A program made the translations under genes and the position numbers. From the human T2T-CHM13v2.0 reference genome, Homo sapiens, in the NCBI RefSeq assembly GCF_009914755.1, contig NC_060946.1: DNA of 64,000 bases; one strand, written 5' to 3'. The notes under the pieces are model-generated. The model did no database searches. It was given only the letters and a program-made list of their open reading frames with translations, and was not told the DNA's origin. Below, in pieces: positions 1 to 12,767 of this stretch. The first letter of the stretch is position 1, and each line of letters begins with the position of its first letter.

Positions 1-177
1 GCCTAAAGGAGCTTTGTGACATATCTCTGCACTGATCACTTAGGTGATGTAACACTTTTATCATCACTGCCTACAGGGAATTTTGACAAATCTCTGCACT
101 GATCACCTAGGTGATGTAACTCTTGTCTACCCTCTGTCCAACGGGGCATTGTGAAATATCTCTGCACTGATCACCCA

Positions 178-2900
178 GGTGATTCAACTCTTGACTAGGA
201 ACTGCCTACAGAGGTTATTGTGAAATATCTCTGCACTGATAAACTAGGTGGTGTAACCCTTGTCCAAGCTCTGCCTACAGGGGCGTTTCCACATATCCCT
301 GAACTGATGACAAAGGTGATGTAACTCTTGCCTAGGCTTTGCCTACAGGGAACATTGGACATATATCTGCACTGATCACCCAGGTGATGCAACTGTTGCC
401 TAGGCTTTGCCTACAGGGGACATTGTGACATATCTATGCACTGATCTCCCAGTTGCTGTAACTTTAGTCTAGGCTCTGGCTACACGGCATTGTGACATAT
501 CACTGCACTGATCAACCAGGTGATATAACCCTTGTATAGGCTCTGCCTACAGGGGGATTGTGACCTACCTCTGCACTGATAACGCAGGTGATATAACTAT
601 TCTCTAGGATCCTCCTACAGGGTACTTTGTGACATATCCCTGCACTGATCACCCAGGTGATCTATCTCTGGTCTAAGCTCTGCCTAAAGGGGCATTGTGA
701 CAGATCTCTGCACTGATCACTCAGGTGATGTAAGTATTTTCTAGGCTCTGCTTCAAGGGGCTTTGTCACATATCTCTGCACTGATCACCCAGGTGATGTA
801 ACTCTTGCCTAGGCTTTGCCTACAGGGAACATTGGACATATATCTGCACTGATCACCCAGGTGATGCAACTCTTGCCTAGGCTTTGCCTACAGGGGACAT
901 TGAGACATATCTCTGCACTGATCACCCAGGTGATCTTACTCTGGTCTAAGCTCTGCCTAAAGGGGCATTGTGACAGATCTCTGCACTGATCACTCTGGTG
1001 ATGTAAGTATTGTCTAGGCTCTGCTTCAAGGGGCTTTGTCACATATCTCTGCACTGATCACCCAGGTGATGTAACTCTTGTCTAGGCTCTGCTTCCAGGG
1101 CATATTGTGACATATCTATGCACTGATCACCTTAGTGATGTAACACTTTGGTAGGCTCGGCCTACAGGGGAATGTTGACATATCTCTGCACTGTTAACCG
1201 AGGTGATTTAACTCTTGTCTAGGCTGTGCCCACAGGGGGATTGAGACATATCTCTGCACTGATCCCGAGGTGATACAACTCTTGCCTGGTCTCTGCCTAC
1301 TGTGGACATTGAGACATATCTCTGCACTGATCTCCCAGGTGCTGTAACTTTAGTCTAGGCTCTGGCTACACGGCATTGTGACATATCACTGCACTGATCA
1401 ACCAGGTGATATAACTCTTGTATAGGCTCTGCGTACAGGGGGATTGTGACCTACCTCTGCACTGATCACCCAGGTGATATAACTCTTCTCTAGGATCTTC
1501 CTACAGGGTACTTTGTGACATATCCCTGCACTGATCACCCAGGTGATCTATCTCTGGTCTAACCTCTGCCTAAAGGGGCATTGTGACAGATCTCTGCACT
1601 GATCACTCAGGTGATGTAAGTATTGTCTAGGCTCTGCTTCAAGGGGCCTTGTCACATATCTCTGCACTGATCACCCAGGTGATGTAACTCTTGTCTAGGC
1701 TCTGCTTCCAGGGCATATTGTGACATATCTATGCACTGATCACCTTAGTGATGTAACACTTTGGTAGGCTCGGCCTACAGGGGATTCTTGACATATCTCT
1801 GCACTGTTAACCGAGGTGATTTGACTCTTGTCTAGGCTGTGCCCACAGGGGGATTGAGACATATCTCTGCACTGATCCCGAGGTGATACAACTCTTGCCT
1901 GGTCTCTGCCTACTGTGGACATTGTGAAATATCTCTGCACTGATCTCCCAGGTGCTGTAACTTTAGTCTAGGCTCTGGCTACACGGCATTGTGACATATC
2001 ACTGCACTGATCACCCAGGCGATATAACTCTTCTCTAGGATCTGACCACAGGGTGCTTTGTGACATATCCCTGCAATGATCACCCAGGTGATATACCACT
2101 TGCCAAGGCTCTGCCTACAGGGGCATTGCAATGTATCTCTGCACTGATCACCTAGGTCTTGTAGCTAATTTCTAGGATCTGCCTACAGGGTGCTTTGTGA
2201 CGTGTCCCAGCAAGGATTACCCAGGTGATGTACCTCTCATCAAGGCTCTGCCTACAGGCACATTGTGATGTATCTCTGCACTGATCACCTAGGTCATGTA
2301 AATTTTGTCTAGGCTCTACCTACGATGGCATTGTGACATATCTCTGCACTAATCATCCAAGTGATGTAACTCTTGTCTACGATGTGCCTAAATTAACTTT
2401 TTGACATAACCCTGTACTGATCATCCAGGTGATGGAGCTTTTGTCTAGGCTCTGCCTAACGGGGCATTGTGACATATTTCTGCATTGATCCCCCAGGTGG
2501 CGAACTCTTCTCTCGGATCTGCCTATGGGGGCATTGTGAGAAATCTCTGCACTGATCACCCAGGTGATGTAACTGTTGTGTAACCTCTGCCTACAGGGTA
2601 ATTGTGAGAGATATCGTCACTGATTACCCAAGTGATGTAACCGTTGTCTAGGCTTTGCGTACAAGGGGCTTTGTGACATACCTTTGCACTGATCACCCAG
2701 GTGATGTAACACGTCTAAGTGCGGCCTAAAGGAGCTTTGTGACATATCTCTGCACTGATCACTTAGGTGATGTAACACTTTTATAATCACTGCCTACAGG
2801 GAATTTTGACAAATCTCTGCACTGATCACCTAGGTGATGTAACTCTTGTCTACCCTCTGTCCAACGGGGCATTGTGAAATATCTCTGCACTGATCACCCA
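178..2900. repeat. HOR structural variant, 40-mer (2723 bp): M1-3, M4/5 hybrid, M6-10, M3, M4', M9-14, M6-14, M15-28
   Basis: Marker spacing 195->2918 = 2723. The monomer parse sums to 40, with an M10->M3 junction at ~781-807. Confidence 0.85.
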
Positions 2901-4806
2901 GGTGATTCAACTCTTGACTAGGAACTGCCTACAGAGGTTATTGTGAAATATCTCTGCACTGATAAACTAGGTGGTGTAACCCTTGTCCAAGCTCTGCCTA
3001 CAGGGGCGTTTCCACATATCCCTGAACTGATGACAGAAGTGATGTAACTCTTGCCTAGGCTTTGCCTACAGGGAACATAGGACATATATCTGCACTGATC
3101 ACCCAGGTGATGCAACTCTTGCCTAGGCTTTGCCTACAGGGGATATTGTGACATATTTTTTCAATGATCACTCATGTGATGTATCTCTTTCCTAGGCTTT
3201 GCCTACAGGGGACATTGTGACATATCTCTGCACTGATCTCCCAGGTGCTGTAACTTTAGTCTAGGCTCTGGCTACACGGCATTGTGACATATCACTGCAC
3301 TGATCAACCAGGTGATATAACTCTTGTATAGGCTCTGCCTACAGGGGGATTGTGACCTACCTCTGCACTGATCACCCAGGTGATATAACTCTTCTCTAGG
3401 ATCTTCCTACAGGGTACTTTGTGACATATCCCTGCACTGATCACCCAGATGATCTATCTCTGGTCTAAGCTCTGCCTAAAGGGGCATTGTGACAGATCTC
3501 TGCACTGATCACTCAGGTGATGTAAGTATTGTCTAGGCTCTGCTTCAAGGGGCCTTGTCACATATCTCTGCACTGATCACCCAGGTGATGTAACTCTTGT
3601 CTAGGCTCTGCTTCCAGGGCATATTGTGACATATCTATGCACTGATCACCTTAGTGATGTAACACTTTGGTAGGCTCGGCCTACAGGGGAATCTTGACAT
3701 ATCTCTGCACTGTTAACCGAGGTGATTTAACTCTTGTCTAGGCTGTGCCCACAGGGGGATTGAGACATATCTCTGCACTGATCCCGAGGTGATACAACTC
3801 TTGCCTGGTCTCTGCCTACTGTGGACATTGTGACATATCTCTGCACTGATCTCCCAGGTGCTGTAACTTTAGTCTAGGCTCTGGCTACACGGCATTGTGA
3901 CATATCACTGCACTGATCACCCAGGCGATAAAACTCTTCTCTAGGATCTGACCACAGGGTGCTTTGTGACATATCCCTGCAATGATCACCCAGGTGATAT
4001 ACCACTTGCCAAGGCTCTGCCTACAGGGGCATTGCAATGTATCTCTGCACTGATCACCTAGGTCTTGTAGCTATTTTCTAGGATCTCCCTACACGGTGCT
4101 TTGTGACGTGTCCCAGCAAGGATTACCCAGGTGATGTACCTCTCATCAAGGCTCTGCCTACAGGCACATTGTGATGTATCTCTGCACTGATCACCTAGGT
4201 CATGTAAATTTTGTCTAGGCTCTACCTACGATGGTATTGTGACATATCTCTGCACTAATCATCCAAGTGATGTAACTCTTGTCTAGGATGTGCCTAAATT
4301 AACTTTTTGACATAACCCTGTACTGATCATCCAGGTGATGGAGCTTTTGTCTAGGCTCTGCCTAAGGGGGCATTGTGACATATTTCTGCATTGATCCCCC
4401 AGGTGGCGAACTCTTCTCTCGGATCTGCCTATGGGGGCATTGTGAGAAATCTCTGCACTGATCACCCAGGTGATGTAACTGTTGTGTAACCTCTGCCTAC
4501 AGGGGAATTGTGAGAGATCTCGTCACTGATTACCCAAGGGATGTAACCGTTGTCTAGGCTTTGCATACAGGGGGCTTTGTGACATACCTTTTAACTGATC
4601 ACCCAGGTGATGTAACACATCAAAGTTCGGCCTAAAGGACCTTTGTGACATATCTCTGCAGTGATCACTTAGGTGATGTAACACTTTTATAATCACTGCC
4701 TACAGGGATTTTTGACAAATCTCTGCACTGATCACCTAGGTGATGTAACTCTTGTCTACCCTCTGTCCAACGGGGCATTGTGAAATATCTCTGCACTGAT
4801 CACCCA
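2901..4806. repeat. Reference copy of the canonical 28-monomer HOR (1906 bp, type A, M1-M28)
   Basis: 28 distinguishable monomers counted between successive M1 starts. The marker ORF MHHLGDQC.. recurs at 2918, 4824 and 6730 (1906-bp steps). 23 of 31 complete units are 1903-1907 bp. Confidence 0.93.
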
Positions 4807-7800
4807 GGTGATTCAACTCTTGACTAGGAAGTGCCTACAGAGTTTACTGTGAAATATCTCTGTACTGATAAACTAGGTGGTGTAAAACTTGTCCAAGCTC
4901 TGCCTACAGGGGCGTTTCCACATATCCCTGAACTGATGACAAAGGTGATGTAACTCTTGCCTAGGCTTTGCCTACAGGGAACATAGGACATATATCTGCA
5001 CTGATCACCCAGGTGATGCAACTCTTGCCTTGGCTTTGCCTACAGGGGACATCGTGACATACCTCTTCAATGATCACTCATGTGATGCATCTCTTGCCTA
5101 GGCTTTGCCTACAGGGGACATTGTGACATATCTCTGCACTGATCTCCCAGGTGCTGTAACTTTAGTCTAGGCTCTGGCTACACGGCATTGTTACATATCA
5201 CTGCACTGATCAACCAGGTGATATAACTCTTGTATAGGCTCTGCCTACAGGGGGATTGTGACCTACCTCTGCACTGATCACCCAGGTGATATAACTCTTC
5301 TCTAGGATCTGCCAACAGGGTACTTTGTGACATATCCCTGCACTGATCACCCAGGTGATCTAACTCTGGTCTAAGCTCTGCCTAAAGGGGCATTGTGACA
5401 GATCTCTGCACTGATCACTCAGGTGATGTAAGTATTGTCTAGGCTCTGCTTCAAGGGGCCTTGTCACATATCTCTGCACTGATCACCCAGGTGATGTAAC
5501 TCTTGTCTAGGCTCTGCTTCCAGGGCATATTGTGACATATCTATGAACTGATCACGTTAGTGATGTAACACTTTGGTAGGCTCGGCCTACAGGGGAATCT
5601 TGACATATCTCTGCACTGTTCACCGAGGTGATTTAACTCTTGTCTAGGCTGTGCCCACCGGGGGATTGAGACATATCTCTGCACTGATCCCGAGGTGATA
5701 AAACTCTTGACTGGTCTCTACCTACTGTGGACATTGGGACATATCTCTGCACTGATCTCCCAGGTGCTGTAACTTTAGTCTAGGCTCTGGCTACACGGCA
5801 TTGTGACATATCACTGCACTGATCACCCAGGCGATATAACTCTTCTCTAGGATCTGACCACAGGGTGCTTTGTGACATATCCCTGCCATGATCACCCAGG
5901 TGATATACCACTTGCCAAGGCTCTGCCTACAGGGGCATTGCAATGTATCTCTGCACTGATCACCTAGGTCTTGTAGCTATTTTCTAGGAACTGCCTACAG
6001 GGTGCTTTGTGACGTGTCCCAGCAAGGATTACCCAGGTGATGTACCTCTCATCAAGGCTCTGCCTACAGGCACATTGTGATGTATCTCTGCACTGATCAC
6101 CTAGGTCATGTAAATTTTGTCTAGGCTCTACCTACGATGGCATTGTGACATATCTCTGCACTAATCATCCAAGTGATGTAACTCTTGTCTAGGATGTGTC
6201 TAAATTAACTTTTTGACATAACCCTGTACTGATCATCCAGGTGATGGAACTTTTGTCTAGGCTCTGCCTAAGGGGGCATTGTGACATATTTCTGCATTGA
6301 TCCCCCAGGTGGCGAACTCTTCTTTCGGATCTGCCTATGGGGGCATTGTGAGAAATCTCTGCACTGATCACCCAGTTGATGTAACTGTTGTGTAACCTCT
6401 GCCTACAGGGGAATTGTGAGAGATCTCGTCACTGATTACCCAAGTGATGTAACCGTTGTCTAAGCTTTGCGTACAAGGGGCTTTGTGACATACCTTTGCA
6501 CTGATCACCCAGGTGATATAACACGTCTAAGTGCGGCCTAAAGGAGCTTTGTGACATATCGCTGCACTGATCACTTAGGTGAAGTAACACTTTTATAATC
6601 ACTGCCTACAGGGAATTTTGACAAATCTCTGCACTGATCACCTAGGTGATGTAACTCTTGTCTACCCTCTGTCCAACGGGGCATTGTGAAATATCTCTGC
6701 ACTGATCACCCAGGTGATTCTTCTCTTGACTAGGAACTGCCTACAGAGGTTATTGTGAAATATCTCTGCACTGATAAACTAGGTGGTGTAACCCTTGTCC
6801 AAGCTCTGCCTACAGGGGCGTTTCCACATATCCCTGAACTGATGACAGAGGTGATGTAACTCTTGCCTAGGCTTTGCCTACAGGGAACATTGGACATATA
6901 TCTGCACTGATCACCCAGGTGATGCAACTCTTGCCTAGGCTTTGCCTACAGGGGACATTGTGACATATCTCTTCAATGATCACTCATGTGATGCATCTCT
7001 TGCCTAGGCTTTGCCTACAGGGGACATTGTGACATATCTCTTCACTGATCTCCCAGGTTCTGTAACTTTAATCTAGGCTCTGGCTACACGGCATTGTGAC
7101 ATATCACTGCACTGATCAACCAGGTGATATAACTCTTGTATAGGCTCTGCCTACAGGGGGATTGTGACCTACCTCTGCACTGATCACCCAGGTGATATAA
7201 CTCTTCTCTAGGATCTTCCTACAGGGTACTTTGTGACATATCCCTGCACTGATCACCCAGGTGATCTAACTCTGGTCTAAGCTCTGCCTAAAGGGGCATT
7301 GTGACAGATCTCTGCACTGATCACTCAGGTGATGTAAGTATTGTCTAGGCTCTGCTTCAAGGGGCCTTGTCACATATCTCTGCACTGATCACCCAGGTGA
7401 TGTAACTCTTGTCTAGGCTCTGCTTCCAGGGCATATTGTGACATATCTATGCACTGATCACCTTAGTGATGTAACACTTTGGTAGGCTCGGCCTACAGGG
7501 GAATCTTGACATATCTCTGCACTGTTAACCGAGGTGATTTAACTCTTGTCTAGGCTGTGCCCACAGGGGGATTGAGACATATCTCTGCACTGATCCCGAG
7601 GTGATACAACTCTTGCCTGGTCTCTGCCTACTGTGGACATTGTGACATATCTCTGCACTGATCTCCCAGGTGCTGTAACTTTAGTCTAGGCTCTGGTACA
7701 CGGCATTGTGACATATCACTGCACTGATCACCCAGGCGATATAACTCTTCTCTAGGATCTGACCACAGGGTGCTTTGTGACATATCCCTGCAATGATCAC

Positions 7801-10521
7801 CGAGGTGATATACCACTTGCCAAGGCTCTGCCTACAGGGACATTGCAATGTATCTATGCACTGATCACCTAGGTCTTGTAGCTATTTTCTAGGATCTGCC
7901 TACAGGGTGCTTTGTGACGTGTCCCAGCAAGATTACCCAGGTGATGTACCTCTCATCAAGGCTCTGCCTACAGGCACATTGTGATGTATCTCTGCACTGA
8001 TCACCTAGGTCATGTAACTTTTTTCTAGGCTCTACCTACTGTGGCATTGTGACATATCTCAGCACTAATCATCCAAGTGATGTAACTCTTGTCTAGGATG
8101 TGCCTAAATTAACTTTTTGACATAACCCTGTACTGATCATCCAGGTGATGGAGCTTTTGTCTAGGCACTGCCTAAGTGGGCATTGTGACATATTTCTGCA
8201 TTGATCACCCAGGTGGCGAACTCTTCTCTCAGATCTGCCTATGGGGCATTGTGATAAATCTCTGCACTGATCTCCCAGGTGATTTAACGGTTGTGTAACC
8301 TCTGCCTACAGGGGAATTGTGAGAGATCTCGTCACTGATTACACAAGTGATGTAACCATTGTCTAGGCTTTGCGTACAGGGGGCTTTGTGACATACCTTT
8401 GCACTGATCACCCAGGTGATGTAACTCATCTAAGTTCGGCCTAAAGGAGCTTTGTGACATATCTCTGCACAGATCACTTAGGTGATGTAACACTTTTATA
8501 ATCACTGCCTACAGGGAATTTTGACAAATCTCTGCACTGATCACCTAGGTGATGTAACTCTTGTCTGCCCTCTGTCCAACGGGGCATTGTGAATTATCTC
8601 TGCACTGATAACCCAGGTGATTCAACTCTTCACTAGGAACTGTCTACAGAGGTTATTGTGATATATCTCTGCACTGATAAACTAGGTGGTGTAACTCTTC
8701 TCCAAGCTCTGCCTACAGGGGCGTTTCCACATATCCCTGAACTGATGACAAAGGTGATGTAACTCTTTCCTAGGCTTTGCCTACAGGGAACTTTTTACAT
8801 ATATCTGCACTGATCACCCAGGTGATGCAACTCTTGCCTAGGCTTTGCCTACAGGGGACATTGTGACATATCTCTTCAATGATCACTCATGTGATGCACC
8901 TCTTGCCTAGGCTTTGCCTACAGGGGACATTGTGACATATCTCTGCATTGATCCCCCAGGTGCTGTAACTTTAGTCTAGGCTCTGGCTACACGGCATTGT
9001 GACATTTCACTGCACTGATCAACCAGGTGATATAACTCTTGTATAGGCTCTTCCTACAGGGGGATTGTGACCTACCTCTGCACTGATCACCCAGGTGATA
9101 TAACTCTTCTCTAGGATCTGCCTACAGGGTACTTTGTGATATATCCCTGCACTGATAACCCAGGTGATCTAACTCTGGTCTAAGCTCTGCCTAAAGGGGC
9201 ATTGTGACAGATCTCTGCACTGATCACTCTGGTGATGTAAGTATTGTCTAGGCTCTGCTTCAAGGGGCCTTGTCACATATCTCTGCACTGATCACCCAGG
9301 TGATGTAACTCTTGTCTACGCTCTGCTTCCAGGGCATATTGTGACATATCTATGCACTGATCACCTTAGTGATGTAACACTATGGTAGGCTCGGCCTACA
9401 GGGGAATCTTGACATATCTCTGCACTGTTAACCGAGGTGATTTAACTCTTGTCTAGGCTGTGCCCACAGGGGGATTGAGACATATCTCTGCACTGATCCC
9501 GAGGTGATACAACTCTTGCCTGGTCTCTGCCTACTGTGGACATTGTGACATATCTCTGCACTGATCTCCCAGGTGCTGTAACTTTAGTCTAGGCTCTGGC
9601 TACACGGCATTGTGACATATAAATGCACTGATCACCCAGGCGATATAACTCTTCTCTAGGATCTGACCACAGGGTGCTTTGTGACATATCCCTGCAATGA
9701 TCACCCAGGTGATATACCACTTGCCAAGGCTCTGCCTACAGGGGCATTGCAATGTATCTCTGCACTGATCACCTAGGTCTTGTAGCTATTTTCTAGGATC
9801 TGCCTACAGGGTGCTTTGTGACGTGTCCCAGCAAGGATTACCCAGGTGATGTACCTCTCATCAAGGCTCTGCCTACAGGCACATTGTGTTGTATCTCTGC
9901 ACTGATCACCTAGGTCATGTAACTATTTTCTAGGCTCTACCTACGATGGCATTGTGACATATCTCTGCACTAATCATCCAAGTGATGTAACTCTTTTCTA
10001 GGATGTGCCTAAATTAACTTTTTGACATAACCCTGTACTGATCATCCAGGTGATGGAGCTTTTGTCTAGGCTCTGCCTAAGGGGGCATTGTGACATATTT
10101 CTGCATTGATCACCCAGGTGGCGAACTCTTCTCTCGGATCTGCCTATGGGGGCATTGTGAGAAATCTCTGCACTGATCACCCAGGTGATGTAACTGTTGT
10201 GTAACCTCTGCCTACAGGGGAACTGTGAGAGATCTCGTCACTGATTACCCAAGTGATGTAACCGTTCTCTAGGCTTTGCATACCGGGGGCTTTGTGACAT
10301 ACCTTTGCACTGATCACCCAGGTGATGTAACACATCTAAGTTCGGCCTAAAGGAGCTTTGTGACATATCTCTGCACTGATCACTTAGGTGATGTAACACT
10401 TTTTTAATCACTGCCTACAGGGAATTTTGACAAATCTCTGCACTGATCACCTAGGTGATGTAACTGTTGTCTACCCTCTGTGCAACGGGGCATTGTGAAA
10501 TATCTCTGCACTGATCACCCA

Positions 10522-12767
10522 GGTGATTCAACTCTTGACTAGGAACTGCCTACAGAGGTTATTGTGAAATATCTCTGCACTGATAAACTAGGTGGTGTAA
10601 CCCTTGTCCAAGCTCTGCCTACAGGGGCGTTTCCACATATCCCTGAACTGATGACAGAGGTGATGTAACTCTTGCCTAGGCTTTGCCTACAGGGAACATT
10701 GGACATATATCTGCACTGATCACCCAGGTGATGCAACTCTTGCCTAGGCTTTGCCTACAGGGGACATTGAGACATATCTCTGCACTGATCACCCAGGTGA
10801 TCTTACTCTGGTCTAAGCTCTGCCTAAAGGGGCATTGTGACAGATCTCTGCACTGATCACTCTGGTGATGTAAGTATTGTCTAGGCTCTGCTTCAAGGGG
10901 CTTTGTCACATATCTCTGCACTGATCACCCAGGTGATGTAACTCTTGTCTAGGCTCTGCTTCCAGGGCATATTGTGACATATCTATGCACTGATCACCTT
11001 AGTGATGTAACACTTTGGTAGGCTCGGCCTACAGGAGAATGTTGACATATCTCTGCACTGTTAACCGAGGTGATTTAACTCTTGTCTAGGCTGTGCCCAC
11101 AGGGGGATTGAGACATATCTCTGCACTGATCCCGAGGTGATACAACTCTTGCCTGGTCTCTGCCTACTGTGGACATTGAGACATATCTCTGCACTGATCT
11201 CCCAGGTGCTGTAACTTTAGTCTAGGCTCTGGCTACACGGCATTGTGACATATCACTGCACTGATCAACCAGGTGATATAACTCTTGTATAGGCTCTGCG
11301 TACAGGGGGATTGTGACCTACCTCTGCACTGATCACCCAGGTGATATAACTCTTCTCTAGGATCTTCCTACAGGGTACTTTGTGACATATCCCTGCACTG
11401 ATCACCCAGGTGATCTATCTCTGGTCTAACCTCTGCCTAAAGGGGCATTGTGACAGATCTCTGCACTGATCACTCAGGTGATGTAAGTATTGTCTAGGCT
11501 CTGCTTCAAGGGGCCTTGTCACATATCTCTGCACTGATCACCCAGGTGATGTAACTCTTGTCTAGGCTCTGCTTCCAGGGCATATTGTGACATATCTATG
11601 CACTGATCACCTTAGTGATGTAACACTTTGGTAGGCTCGGCCTACAGGGGATTCTTGACATATCTCTGCACTGTTAACCGAGGTGATTTGACTCTTGTCT
11701 AGGCTGTGCCCACAGGGGGATTGAGACATATCTCTGCACTGATCCCGAGGTGATACAACTCTTGCCTGGTCTCTGCCTACTGTGGACATTGTGAAATATC
11801 TCTGCACTGATCTCCCAGGTGCTGTAACTTTAGTCTAGGCTCTGGCTACACGGCATTGTGACATATCACTGCACTGATCACCCAGGCGATATAACTCTTC
11901 TCTAGGATCTGACCACAGGGTGCTTTGTGACATATCCCTGCAATGATCACCCAGGTGATATACCACTTGCCAAGGCTCTGCCTACAGGGGCATTGCAATG
12001 TATCTCTGCACTGATCACCTAGGTCTTGTAGCTAATTTCTAGGATCTGCCTACAGGGTGCTTTGTGACGTGTCCCAGCAAGGATTACCCAGGTGATGTAC
12101 CTCTCATCAAGGCTCTGCCTACAGGCACATTGTGATGTATCTCTGCACTGATCACCTAGGTCATGTAAATTTTGTCTAGGCTCTACCTACGATGGCATTG
12201 TGACATATCTCTGCACTAATCATCCAAGTGATGTAACTCTTGTCTACGATGTGCCTAAATTAACTTTTTGACATAACCCTGTACTGATCATCCAGGTGAT
12301 GGAGCTTTTGTCTAGGCTCTGCCTAACGGGGCATTGTGACATATTTCTGCATTGATCCCCCAGGTGGCGAACTCTTCTCTCGGATCTGCCTATGGGGGCA
12401 TTGTGAGAAATCTCTGCACTGATCACCCAGGTGATGTAACTGTTGTGTAACCTCTGCCTACAGGGTAATTGTGAGAGATATCGTCACTGATTACCCAAGT
12501 GATGTAACCGTTGTCTAGGCTTTGCGTACAAGGGGCTTTGAGACATACCTTTGCACTGATCACCCAGGTGATGTAACACGTCTAAGTGCGGCCTAAAGGA
12601 GCTTTGTGACATATCTCTGCACTGATCACTTAGGTGATGTAACACTTTTATAATCACTGCCTACAGGGAATTTTGACAAATCTCTGCACTGATCACCTAG
12701 GTGATGTAACTCTTGTCTACCCTCTGTCCAACGGGGCATTGTGAAATATCTCTGCACTGATCACCCA
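10522..12767. repeat. HOR structural variant, 33-mer (2246 bp): M1-4', M9-14, M6-14, M15-28
   Basis: Marker spacing 10539->12785 = 2246. M4->M9 jump near 10770-10800 and M14->M6 return near 11170-11270. Confidence 0.85.

Noticed and set aside
2386-2402. AT-rich aaattaacttttt (M21) and ttttataat (M27) as promoter, TATA or terminator signals
   Set aside because: These are just diverged positions in particular monomers repeated in every HOR, with no associated gene or supporting context.
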